Shown: piece by piece, positions 26,801 through 36,061 of the stretch
Numbering within the stretch: the first letter of the stretch is position 1
Layout: every line of letters begins with the position of its first letter
Virus record (IMG/VR): IMGVR_UViG_3300023116_000059
Span: 1-55,041 of that record
Source of the DNA: a virus
Taxonomy: Duplodnaviria; Caudoviricetes
Strand: one strand, 5' to 3'
DNA length: 55,041 bases
The notes under the pieces: generated by a model
The model's database searches: none
What the model was told of the DNA's origin: nothing
Seen by the model: only the letters and a program-made list of their open reading frames with translations
Made by a program: the position numbers and the translations under genes

Positions 26801-27636
26801 ATAGATCCGCTAACACTAAATGTTGTCTCGTCTAAAACCGATTGAATGGTAATGTCTTGTGTTGCGCCAGAAATGGGATCTACAGGAGCAGTGATTGTGG
26901 CAGTACCGCCAGTCTGTGTGAAGAACCAACCAGGATAAATGCCAGCAGTAGAAGCAACAGTAATTGTTCCAAATTCATCGTCTGCTGTTCCACTGCCAGA
27001 GACATCTGGTGGCAGTGTTAAAATGTCACCAACAATATAGTTTTCACCATAATTATCAATGGTAGTTTGAATAAAACTGCCACTAGAGAAGAGAAGTGTT
27101 ACTTCAATTCCTGTACCAGAACCACCTGCAAGATTGACTTGACTGTAGTTTTGAGATCCTCCACCTGCACCAGTGTAAATGTATCCAGAACCTGGTGTAG
27201 TAGTTCCATCAAAAGGAGATACTGTGATATCAAACGTACCACCAGAACCAGTACCACCAACGCCAGGAATATCTGTAAACTCTCCAACGTCGTAATTTTC
27301 ACCAGGTGCTTGTACAAAAATACCTTGTGTATATAAAGTATTTTTCCTAATTACAAAGTCTCTGTAAAAGGTGGTTTGATTATCATTGTAATCATAAATC
27401 CTTTTACCGTTAACAGCAAACGCCATTGTTCTGACGTTAGACTTATAAAAACCTAACGTATCGTCAGAAGTGAATGCTAGAGAAGGGAAATCTTTGGTTC
27501 CATCCCCTAGTTTTAGAACACCAGTAGAAAGGTCTGTTCCACCAGCAGAAATATTGAATAGGGCGGCACCTAGTTGATTAATTTTTTGTCTTTGGACTTC
27601 AAAAGTATCTGTCCTAGCGACGTTAATTGCGGGCAT
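23830..27636 (-). CDS. Virion/baseplate-fibre structural protein (1268 aa) with cupredoxin-like motif
   Basis: INVARTDTFEVQRQKIN start; two IPxG...G.IR.N...EGY...W..LGGV.D.D repeats; GHPF...YYFCTDHPYM. Confidence 0.8.
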   Translation of the reverse strand: MPAINVARTDTFEVQRQKINQLGAALFNISAGGTDLSTGVLKLGDGTKDFPSLAFTSDDTLGFYKSNVRTMAFAVNGKRIYDYNDNQTTFYRDFVIRKNTLYTQGIFVQAPGENYDVGEFTDIPGVGGTGSGGTFDITVSPFDGTTTPGSGYIYTGAGGGSQNYSQVNLAGGSGTGIEVTLLFSSGSFIQTTIDNYGENYIVGDILTLPPDVSGSGTADDEFGTITVASTAGIYPGWFFTQTGGTATITAPVDPISGATQDITIQSVLDETTFSVSGSIDAGGSVNFDVDAPWGSNGNGYNFTIDKAGVVTSVSVNAAGNGYDVGDIIGVNNLDLTIPFDYVVSTISLNQLTFTTNIAAGTFFVGQTLFATDPNGPGGDASEILVREVVLDGSLVDFIVVESISGSAGSGNTISTTSGGATIATVDTSDNVNRYTIDIDDGNGAVIYPDLLLYKSNTYDFDVSGASGHPFRFSIHQGGYWTQPVVETVNLDVASKDITVTNASGVLVGMEVIVDTSVVVTDSGQFAEGAVVEAINGNVITMSEFPTQAGATPCIIRGALYEGNEVEYGSETVRIVPTDSTPSTLYYFCTDHPYMSGQSVITVNYNNPKTFGSGFEIGVSNIISEDVVTGDVATGNINVAAITGDTVNVETVNTTTTNTTDLIAEEVKSALYTDDNTIEITSGSGNVQLTGAFVNFGTEANIQTSSGDFLTAGEIRTDFKFNIKDILTIVDNNISTTGSNDLLFTPPANRVAKCDALTAFVIPSGTTAQRPGVGIVEDGAIRFNTTTQQYEGYSEDTGQWSSLGGVRDLDGNTTITAELEVGVNDNILRFYNDSKITMRFTPFWMEFYEVNKVRALNPTVPAYSNWAANTPVSAGQYLKYRNNLYEVTGSGVTATDGNAPEHTEGEQSNNTALLTWYAFAVNPLIVDECTELRIGPQGDLPVLINNDLKLFENKITTTVSDLVLQPNTGQKITCDAVSSLVIPVGNGDERGAAIQGSIRYNTSDSQFEGYNGNQWGGLGGVKDIDQDTEIKAEQSPGSDEDTLFFYNNGVNTLRVQENDIEFDIDTFVSTNGDFNLTGNRITLDNNTSTFEHLTSSAFLHTTKSQLDFGLSAGLNVDPLLRLDSLGDIYYNLGFGSGTPEMVKLFDTDLKTIEYNDLRISTVDIPLVKDTADVGAATLYNVNTEESAKVYCVAHNTTTGDKEFIEFAVIDKSGTVYFSEYGNIKTGADLIHATFDIDSLFNARVTFTLHDDLATNDVVNINVVSYNQKK

Positions 27637-27829
27637 TTTTTACTAACTCTTTCAGGAGGGACTTAATCTCAGAGACTTCATTCTTCAACATATTTATGTC
27701 ATCTAACGCGGAACTTAGCTGTTTCGCTTTACGTCTTGCTTCAATAGCAGAAACGTTCTGATTAATGATAGCGCCTGTGTTTTCGTCCCTTACTAACCCG
27801 TCGTGACCACTTACCTTGATATAAGACAT
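27623..27829 (-). CDS. Conserved small T4-like cyanophage protein
   Basis: YIKVSGHDGLVRDENTGAIIN plus coiled-coil tail; follows the VrlC-like gene. Confidence 0.8.
   Translation of the reverse strand: MSYIKVSGHDGLVRDENTGAIINQNVSAIEARRKAKQLSSALDDINMLKNEVSEIKSLLKELVKNARN
27691..27697 (-). promoter_or_regulatory. Late promoter ATAAATA inside the small ORF, driving the 1268-aa gene
   Basis: tatttat on +, about 55 nt upstream of 27636. Confidence 0.5.
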
Positions 27830-27838
27830 ACGCGGAAA

Positions 27839-30800
27839 TTAGAAAGAAGCAACGGCTCTGATGTCTTGAATCTTAGGTACGTATGCAGGATCAGGAGACT
27901 TCATTACAATCTTGACGGCAAACGATGCAAATTCTTCGATATCATTAGCACTATAAACTAGTTCTTGATAAGAAGATTGTTTTTCCGAAATACCAGAAAT
28001 AGTATTTTCGGAACTTGCAATCTCAAAGACATCTGGTTGACCATTTCCATTGAAATAGATCCACTCGATATCTTCAAAGTTTTCTTGACTTGCAGACTTC
28101 TTAAACTTATATAGAACTTCGATGTTTGCAATGTCTTTGGTATTTGCTGTTAGATGCACATTGATTCCAGTAGCAGGGTTGCTAATTGCAATTTCTTTTG
28201 TTACATACTTAGCAACAGAGGAACTGTTCTTCGAAGTATTTTCTTCGATGAATTGAGTTCCATTTGTATAACCAACAGAAGCAACTTCCAAGAATTCTTG
28301 TTCATCTTCTGCCTGACCCTGATAGGAGATCATATCTCCTACACGGAAAATATCAAATCCTTGTTCGTTAACATCAGCATTTCTGTTAAAGGAAGAGTTG
28401 TCAATAATCCTTCCATTAAAGTCATCATTGATAGGTCTTCTATCAACTCTTACTGTCAACTTATTATCACGTCTGTTCCAGTTTACGGTATTTCCATCAA
28501 TAGTGTTCTCATATACTTGAGATGGAGTAGATGGATTTCTCGCAATAATTGGAGAAGCATCTGGAATATCAAAGAATTGCTGAACAGGATTGCTGTTGAC
28601 TTTAATTGGGTGCTGTGCTAAAGTTGGATTTACAATAGAAGAATCTGGGTTTAGAGATGTTTGATCTCCAAACTTAAGTCCATCTCTTAAACTGTAGTAA
28701 TTATTTGTACTGACTTTAACAAAAATAGTATCATTAACAACTTTAACAATTGTTCCAACTGCTTTAGTTTCATGACCAATTACAGTTTGACCTGTTGTAA
28801 TTGTGGTGCCAGTTGTATTAGAAACCGTGAAACTATAAACAGGTAAGAATTCCAGAATCTGGTCTCTTCTTCCAAAACGATTTTCTTTACCAGAAGCATT
28901 TTCAACTCTGTTTGTGGATGTCTTGAGAGACGCTACTCCCAAATCAACAACAGGCGACAGGTACGATACTGTCGAAGAAAGATTCATCTTATATGTTAAG
29001 GATCTTTCAATTCCATTCATAGTCTGGTTAATTGGCGAAGCAATAACCTTCTGATTAGTAAAGAAATGAGTTTCATTCAAGAATGTTCTTTCATATTCTG
29101 TTTGAGAATATGACTCATAGTTTGATGTGATTGCATCTACAGGTTGAATGTTTGTTGTAATAACATCCGTTTCAATTTTAGTTCCAGTGCTGGAAATATA
29201 TCTAATCTGTGGATAGAGAGATTCATATTTTCTGTTATATGATGCAAGAACATTTGTACCACCAAGAGAATTGGAAGATGCTTTTGATGTGGAGAAAATG
29301 GAATACGTATCAATACCAGAGTTAGAAACTTGGAATAGATTGGAATTCAATGTAGAAGCAGAAATACCACCTACCTCATCAGCGTTCTTGTAGAATGCAT
29401 AGGATTTACCACTATCTTCGAATCCATGGTTGTGATGATTAACCTTCACAATGTTATTGTTATTTCCAAACAATGTTGAGTCTGCATTAGACTTAGCAGA
29501 TGCATTTGTTTGGAATACACCAGATTCTACTAATTCATAACCAAGTGGTTGGTTAGTCAGAAGCAATTCAGCACGGCGAGAGATATCAAACTCTGCTCTG
29601 TATAGAGTGAACTTAACATCTTCAAAGATGTCTTCTGTCCAGTTATCTACATTCTGAGATCTGAACACAGAACCTAAAGATGGTTGAGTTGTAACTGTAG
29701 TGCTAGTAGCAATTTCAGTTTCGCCTAATCTAGATGCCCAAAGTTCGTAGTCTGTAGAATCTGTTTCAATGACCAATGCATACTCTGCTTCATTTTCAAG
29801 ATATACTGGGTATTCGAATTCAAAGTTGGTTGGTGTTGTAGATTCTGTAACATCTCCACTATCAGTAGCAATGCCCATTCTTACAGCAGGAACATCAATA
29901 GTAATAAATGACTCAATTTCACAACCAGCAGCACCATTTCCAACTCCTTTGATAACAACAGAAGGTGCTTCTGTGTAACCAAAACCAGAAAGAGACAACT
30001 CTGCATTGTAAATACGACCACCAGAAACATCGAGTCTTGCAGTAGCAGTAGAACCGCCAGGAAGTTGTGGGGATTCGATGACAGCAATAGCAGAAGAATA
30101 ATTTCCACCTGTTGCCTTAACTTTTAGTCTAGTAACCCTGCCGCTATCTTTGGCAATCTGTAAAGTTAGATCTGTATTATTCTTAGCATTATCTAAAGTT
30201 AGAGTTTCAGAAACCAAACCTTCATTAGCAATAAATGACTTGCCATTGTGGTTGGAAAGAACTACAGTGTATACTTGCTCATTGGTGAGAGAATACTTGC
30301 CACTAGCAGTAGCGACAAGCTCTACATTGTTCTTATCGTAAATCTTAACGATAGGTCCAGAAGCAGAACTTCTTTGACCAACTAGACTCTCTCCTTTGTA
30401 TAGAGAAATGTTTCCACTACCAAATACTTTTAGATATGTGTATGGAGTGAGAGTTTTTTCTGTGCCAGGAACAATATTCTTGCCTGGTTTACCAGACTCT
30501 ACATTTGTCAAGTATACTTTACATGGGATATTTTCACTCTTCTTAGAGAAGAAGAGGTCTACACCTGTTGTAAAGACTCCACCATCAAAGTTTTCAATCT
30601 TAAATGTTTGTGCCATTGGATTTGGCTTTAATGGATTGTCCGTATTGCTGTTAACTAACTGGACACCCTCATTAGATTTGAAGTAAGATGGTCTTGTAGA
30701 AATAATGCTAGATGGATTTTCTGGTAAAATACCCGAAGCGTAGAACTTAACTTCGGCATATGTATCTACATTTTCCTTACCAATATTCTCAGAGCTAGAA

Positions 30801-33800
30801 GTAAATCTGATAGTCTTGATGCCAGTAGTAATACGTACTTCTTCAGCAGATGTGTCATAATCTACATCTTCAATCTTACCAGACCATGCGCTATTTTCTC
30901 TAGGTGGTAAACCAGCAGGAATTAGAATAATTCCACTAGCATTACCATTCTCATCAGTAACAATATCTCCATTAAAGGAAGACAGGGAGTTGCCAGCAAT
31001 ACCAGTAAATCTCTGGTCTGGATTTACCCAACGCGAAACGTCTCTTCCTTCGAGGAATGCATATACTTTTGTATTTGGTTTTAATCTTCTAATTACATAC
31101 TTAACTGGAATGCTTCTTGCAAAGAACTGTAGAGAGTTGGATACAACATTGCCACCAACTTGCTTCTGTTGAATACCCTTACCAACAGCATTGTTGACAG
31201 GACTTACATTAGAAGAACTTTGTGTAGATGCAAGATCAACAGTAGATCTAACTGCTTCTGTGTTGATAGTACCAAGAGAATTGATATTTTCAAATACTGG
31301 AGCAGAACCAACCCAGTTAATTACAAAAGAATTATAGAGACTGGAGTATGCTTCTTCGACATCTTCCTTAGCAAGGAAAATTGAGAAGATGTTTGTATTA
31401 TTATCTACAACCAATGGAGCAATGCTGGTGTCATACCACTGATCTACTGGGGGAGATAGTTCTCCATCACCAACATACTGAAGAACTACAAATGGATTTG
31501 GATTGATAGTCTTAGTAGCAAAAGCATTTCCTAGCAATTCTAGGTTCTCGTATGGAAGAGTTACAATATCTCCTTTTCTGGAATATCCAGCAACAGATCT
31601 TTGATCTTCACGATTGTAAACTTCTTCTAGTAGAATAGAATCTTCTTTAGACTGAGCTCTTAATACAGACTGTTGTGTGTCAACTGCAGACTGGTGATCA
31701 AGAGAAGATAGATTACCACGATGGGTTTCAAAGTTGTCAACAAAGAAACCAGACTTAAATCTATCTAAACCAACATTATCCTTAACTTGCATGTTGAGAG
31801 CTTGTTGCTCAAGGATGCTAAGTGTGGTATAATACTCAAGACGCTCGATACGCTTCTCCAACTTACCGATGTCACGCATTGTGTAACGACGGTTGTCTAC
31901 AGGAGTAATTCTTACATCCTTACTGGTCTCTGTATATGCAGGGATGTACATGTAGTACAAAGGTACTGCATCGTTAAGAGGATCTGGTTTGGATGGGTTT
32001 AGAGAAGAGTTGCCTTCTTTAACTACAAATTCTCCTTTATTTGTCAAGAACAGTGCATCAATACGAGACAAATATTGAACTTGTGAGAATGAGAAAGTAT
32101 ACTCTAAATTAGAGTCAGGCGCAGGAGAAGCAGAAATAACAGCACCAGATCTGGAGAAAGAACCTTCCGTTCTCTCTAGAATAGATGTATCTTGGAAACC
32201 ACTAACAATTGCTTCATTGTCAACCTTTGGTCTAAAATCAATAACATTCTTTAGTTTTGTTAGACCAAGAACGTTAGAGTTGAAAACAGGAATTTCGTTA
32301 GAGTCTACACCTGCTTCGTGAATATAAGAATCAACTGTACAGAAGTCCCCAGCAGAATGTTCGAAATAATCGAAAGCAATAACTAGTTGACCAGCGGGAG
32401 GTTCAGCACCTGGTTTCAATACAATACGAGAAACGTCATAGATTGTATCTCTCTGACCATCATCAAATGTAAATCTATCAGTGATGTCTGTACCAGCAAC
32501 TAGATTGCCAGCAGTATCAACTTCTGGTGGGGAAGTAGATGTGCCTTCATAAACATATCTTAGTTTGAAAGCATCTGCATATGATTTCTGATCAATAGAA
32601 TCCGAATCAAAATCTCTACCTCTAAATGGAACAACTCTATCACCAGAAGAGATAACAACAATTCTCTTTCTTCTAATTGCTGTTTTTAATCTTGGTTTTG
32701 CTTTGTCAACTTCTAATGTTGCTGTTAGTTTTAGTTTTGGATACTGTCCATTTTCAGGAATAAATCCAAAATAATCCTTAGACAAGAAAATATTAATACT
32801 ACCAGAAGTTAGTCCAGTAGTTCCTTCTGTAGCAGATGTAATTTCCACTGCATCTGCTGGAATGTATACGATGTCACCAGCAACAATATTTGGTGCATCA
32901 CCAGCATCTAGTACAGTTACAATATAATTTTCTTCAGTAAATGCAGTAAATCTTTGAGTTCCAAAAGGTAACTGTGCAGCAAATGTAATATTGTCTTGTA
33001 CAGTAGTTGCAGTTACAAAGTCTCTTCTAACATAATACTTAATCTTGGAATCTTCTGGGTCTCTTACAATAGATTCAATCTCATTGCTTCCTGTTGGGAA
33101 TAGGAGAGTACCTTGATTTTGATTTGCAACTTTTGGTCTGATTCTAACAATACTATTATTAGTAACGTCTGCTGGCAGTGCTGTATCTAGATAAACTCTA
33201 GTCTTAGATGTACCGATTGGTTTTGTTGCATATTGAACAATTGCTCTAATAGTGTTATTGTCAACATCGGTAAATTGAATGACATCTCCCTGTAAAAGGA
33301 GACTAGATGCATCTGCACTAAAACTATTTGATTCTAGGAACTTATATCCTTGACTACCAGAGAAAGTAAACTGAGTTACATCTGTGATCTCTGCGTAGGA
33401 TTGATCGTCAACTTCTACGTCTGCGGTAAATGTATTTGCATTTCCACTGCCATATTGTGCAGAGAAAGATTTAACAGCAGAAGCGTTATAAGTGGTTACA
33501 GCATTTCTAATTAAAACAGCAGTAATAACTGCATTACTAGAAGGTTGATCTGCTCCAGATGGAGTGTTGATGCTTACTAGAGGTGGTTGAGAATATGTAT
33601 CAGAGACAGAATTAAAGTTTACAATACTGCAACCATAAACTTTTCCGCCTGAAGTCACTTTTAATTGTACTTTACTGTTGTCATATTCAACACCGTTCAA
33701 AGAAATAGTAAAGTCTTCAGTATATCCTTGTCCTCTTCTTACAACAACAAAGTGGGAAATAGTATTGTCTTTTGCAATCTTGAGCGTATTGCCAGATTCG

Positions 33801-35965
33801 TCAGCAATGGTTTCTCCAGACTTGAAGCTTCCAAACAATACTTTTAAGAATAGGACATTCTTGGCAGTGTACAATCCATCAGCAGGACCCTCTACAACGC
33901 CGTATGCGCCACTCTCTAGACCATATACATACTGACCAGCAGTAAACGCTGTCACACTCGCAATGGGAGACTGTGTGATAATTTTAGTGAAGTATGTAGG
34001 ATCAAAGAATGAGAATCCAAATACAGAATTGTAACTAGATACTCCGCCAGCAAGACGACCTTTAGAAAGAACTACATCCGTATCTGTATTAAAACCAGCT
34101 CCTCTCTTAAGAAACTTGAAGTTATTTGGTTTTACTTTACCAATTAAAGGAGTAATAGTATTACTGTAGTCTACAATCTCGCCAAAATAACTAGTATCCG
34201 CTTTAGCGTCTGCTTCGGACTTGAATAGTTTTCTAATAAAATTGGGATCACCTTCATCATATTCTACTAGAGAAATAATATCATCTTTGTTTCCACAAAT
34301 TGTTAACTCTAAATATTTGACACTTGTGGTAGGATTGATCTCTGGTCTGTTAATCTTTGCATAAGAAATAGATTTAACAGAAGAAACTACTGCAGGAGCT
34401 CCAGATGTACTTCTAGATTTTACAAACCAAAGTTCTCCAATTACATTTTCAAAAGTTCCATCCGTGATCGATCCCAAGTTTGGATTGGAAGTTGATTGAA
34501 CTTCAATAGTAATTGTCTTAATAGCATCACTTGGATTGAATTTCAGTCCTCGTCTTGATAATGTTTGCCTGTGTGCATTTACATCTTCAGTATTATTAAA
34601 TCCTAAAGATCCATCATTAAATGTAGAATATAAGAAAACATCTGGATATGCAGTTAGTTCTGGTGCTTCTGCATTAAGAGGGACACTACCAAAAACATTG
34701 GTAATATTGAATGTTGGCAAACCTCTCGTTTTTAAAGTTACATTGTCTGTGTTTAGACTTTCTCTTGCTTTAGGAACTTCAATATATTTGGTTTCTTTGT
34801 TGACAATTTCATATCCTTTGATATATGCTTTACCAGGACCTATAGCAGCAAGCATAAGTCTAGAAGCTTCTTCGCTTTCTTTTCCATTATACTTACCAAA
34901 TTCATCAACAGAATAGATGCCGTTATTTCCATCTTTTTGTTGATACTCTCTGATATCAATACCAAAGTTATCTACAACATAGTCGCCAGACTCATCAAAT
35001 GTTCTGCGTGCTAGTGTTTGCTCTAGTAGAGAATAGTCTGCAGGAGTAACTTTTTTCTGAATAGCACCTCTCTTAACAGTGAGAAGTTGAATGAAATTTT
35101 TATCGGTGATTTCATCAAATCCAAATTCTTTTAGATTTAATTGAATCTGTAATCTATGTGCGCCAGGTGCAGTAAAGTTGGAAGATCCTCGGGCATTATC
35201 GTATAAAGATTGATCCTCCTCTGGAGTTACAATATTTTCTACAATAGTAAATCCAACTTTTGCTGTTGGTTTATCATAATATTCGTCAATAACAAGAAGC
35301 TGAGAATCATTTCTAACAAAAAATCCATTGACAAAGTAGATTCCTTCTTCTACCTTAACAGCAGAAGCAAATCCCATAGCAGGACTTTCAATAGAAGATA
35401 CTTGTTTTGTATCTGGATCGGTAATAGCAATGCTAGTTGGCAGAACACTACCATCAGTACCGACAACTAAAAGTGGAGTATTGATACCATTAACAACTTC
35501 TAGAGTTTCACCTTGTCTAAAAGTAGTCTCATTATTAGAGTTGCCACTATTTACATACTTAACGTATACTGTATCTGATGTAGTTTCGGTTGCAATATTT
35601 GCAGACAAGACAGTTCCAATGACGCCAGACGTTAGACCAACTAACTGTTGCCCCACAAGTTCTCTAATATCATATTTTCTGTATACAATACCATTACCAT
35701 CATTGATAGCAACTTCTGATACAGACGACAACTTAACGTAATCAAGTTTGGTATTTAACCCAACTTCGCCAGGAATAACCAATTCTCCTTGTTTAAAGGC
35801 ATGTCTACCAAAACTTTCTACTTGGTTTTGGAGAATTGATTGAACTTGAGTTAATTCTCTTCCCTGAATAGAATAACCAGGACGGAAAAGAATCTTATAA
35901 AAATTCTTACTTACGTCGAAGTCATCATAATATGGGGCTACATTAAAGTTAGTCTTTTGTGGCAT
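27839..35965 (-). CDS. VrlC-like (DUF4815-type) large virion structural protein
   Basis: NVAPYYDDFD..KNFYKILFRPG..IQGRELTQ.QSILQNQ, APGAHRL, LARRTFDESGDY, RYTMRDIGKLEKRI, RFKSGFFVDNF. Confidence 0.9.
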   Translation of the reverse strand: MPQKTNFNVAPYYDDFDVSKNFYKILFRPGYSIQGRELTQVQSILQNQVESFGRHAFKQGELVIPGEVGLNTKLDYVKLSSVSEVAINDGNGIVYRKYDIRELVGQQLVGLTSGVIGTVLSANIATETTSDTVYVKYVNSGNSNNETTFRQGETLEVVNGINTPLLVVGTDGSVLPTSIAITDPDTKQVSSIESPAMGFASAVKVEEGIYFVNGFFVRNDSQLLVIDEYYDKPTAKVGFTIVENIVTPEEDQSLYDNARGSSNFTAPGAHRLQIQLNLKEFGFDEITDKNFIQLLTVKRGAIQKKVTPADYSLLEQTLARRTFDESGDYVVDNFGIDIREYQQKDGNNGIYSVDEFGKYNGKESEEASRLMLAAIGPGKAYIKGYEIVNKETKYIEVPKARESLNTDNVTLKTRGLPTFNITNVFGSVPLNAEAPELTAYPDVFLYSTFNDGSLGFNNTEDVNAHRQTLSRRGLKFNPSDAIKTITIEVQSTSNPNLGSITDGTFENVIGELWFVKSRSTSGAPAVVSSVKSISYAKINRPEINPTTSVKYLELTICGNKDDIISLVEYDEGDPNFIRKLFKSEADAKADTSYFGEIVDYSNTITPLIGKVKPNNFKFLKRGAGFNTDTDVVLSKGRLAGGVSSYNSVFGFSFFDPTYFTKIITQSPIASVTAFTAGQYVYGLESGAYGVVEGPADGLYTAKNVLFLKVLFGSFKSGETIADESGNTLKIAKDNTISHFVVVRRGQGYTEDFTISLNGVEYDNSKVQLKVTSGGKVYGCSIVNFNSVSDTYSQPPLVSINTPSGADQPSSNAVITAVLIRNAVTTYNASAVKSFSAQYGSGNANTFTADVEVDDQSYAEITDVTQFTFSGSQGYKFLESNSFSADASSLLLQGDVIQFTDVDNNTIRAIVQYATKPIGTSKTRVYLDTALPADVTNNSIVRIRPKVANQNQGTLLFPTGSNEIESIVRDPEDSKIKYYVRRDFVTATTVQDNITFAAQLPFGTQRFTAFTEENYIVTVLDAGDAPNIVAGDIVYIPADAVEITSATEGTTGLTSGSINIFLSKDYFGFIPENGQYPKLKLTATLEVDKAKPRLKTAIRRKRIVVISSGDRVVPFRGRDFDSDSIDQKSYADAFKLRYVYEGTSTSPPEVDTAGNLVAGTDITDRFTFDDGQRDTIYDVSRIVLKPGAEPPAGQLVIAFDYFEHSAGDFCTVDSYIHEAGVDSNEIPVFNSNVLGLTKLKNVIDFRPKVDNEAIVSGFQDTSILERTEGSFSRSGAVISASPAPDSNLEYTFSFSQVQYLSRIDALFLTNKGEFVVKEGNSSLNPSKPDPLNDAVPLYYMYIPAYTETSKDVRITPVDNRRYTMRDIGKLEKRIERLEYYTTLSILEQQALNMQVKDNVGLDRFKSGFFVDNFETHRGNLSSLDHQSAVDTQQSVLRAQSKEDSILLEEVYNREDQRSVAGYSRKGDIVTLPYENLELLGNAFATKTINPNPFVVLQYVGDGELSPPVDQWYDTSIAPLVVDNNTNIFSIFLAKEDVEEAYSSLYNSFVINWVGSAPVFENINSLGTINTEAVRSTVDLASTQSSSNVSPVNNAVGKGIQQKQVGGNVVSNSLQFFARSIPVKYVIRRLKPNTKVYAFLEGRDVSRWVNPDQRFTGIAGNSLSSFNGDIVTDENGNASGIILIPAGLPPRENSAWSGKIEDVDYDTSAEEVRITTGIKTIRFTSSSENIGKENVDTYAEVKFYASGILPENPSSIISTRPSYFKSNEGVQLVNSNTDNPLKPNPMAQTFKIENFDGGVFTTGVDLFFSKKSENIPCKVYLTNVESGKPGKNIVPGTEKTLTPYTYLKVFGSGNISLYKGESLVGQRSSASGPIVKIYDKNNVELVATASGKYSLTNEQVYTVVLSNHNGKSFIANEGLVSETLTLDNAKNNTDLTLQIAKDSGRVTRLKVKATGGNYSSAIAVIESPQLPGGSTATARLDVSGGRIYNAELSLSGFGYTEAPSVVIKGVGNGAAGCEIESFITIDVPAVRMGIATDSGDVTESTTPTNFEFEYPVYLENEAEYALVIETDSTDYELWASRLGETEIATSTTVTTQPSLGSVFRSQNVDNWTEDIFEDVKFTLYRAEFDISRRAELLLTNQPLGYELVESGVFQTNASAKSNADSTLFGNNNNIVKVNHHNHGFEDSGKSYAFYKNADEVGGISASTLNSNLFQVSNSGIDTYSIFSTSKASSNSLGGTNVLASYNRKYESLYPQIRYISSTGTKIETDVITTNIQPVDAITSNYESYSQTEYERTFLNETHFFTNQKVIASPINQTMNGIERSLTYKMNLSSTVSYLSPVVDLGVASLKTSTNRVENASGKENRFGRRDQILEFLPVYSFTVSNTTGTTITTGQTVIGHETKAVGTIVKVVNDTIFVKVSTNNYYSLRDGLKFGDQTSLNPDSSIVNPTLAQHPIKVNSNPVQQFFDIPDASPIIARNPSTPSQVYENTIDGNTVNWNRRDNKLTVRVDRRPINDDFNGRIIDNSSFNRNADVNEQGFDIFRVGDMISYQGQAEDEQEFLEVASVGYTNGTQFIEENTSKNSSSVAKYVTKEIAISNPATGINVHLTANTKDIANIEVLYKFKKSASQENFEDIEWIYFNGNGQPDVFEIASSENTISGISEKQSSYQELVYSANDIEEFASFAVKIVMKSPDPAYVPKIQDIRAVASF

Positions 35966-35999
35966 TGTACTCCGCCAAATACTAGCATCTTGTCTTTAG

Positions 36000-36006
36000 T
36001 ATTTAG
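36000..36006 (-). promoter_or_regulatory. Late promoter CTAAATA for the VrlC-like gene
   Basis: tatttag on +, just downstream of the terminator; GGAG SD before the start. Confidence 0.65.
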
Positions 36007-36013
36007 TAGAGAT

Positions 36014-36043
36014 AAAAAAAATCCCCCCATTGCTGGAGGGATT
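36014..36043 (-). terminator. Rho-independent terminator after gp8
   Basis: minus: AATCCCTCCA-GCAA-TGGGGGGATT followed by poly-T. Confidence 0.85.
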
Positions 36044-36061
36044 AATGATGTCTCTTTCACA

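Noticed and set aside
27839-35965. Bacterial virulence locus (vrlC) interpretation
   Set aside because: In this context it is the standard large structural gene that follows gp8 in T4-like cyanophages
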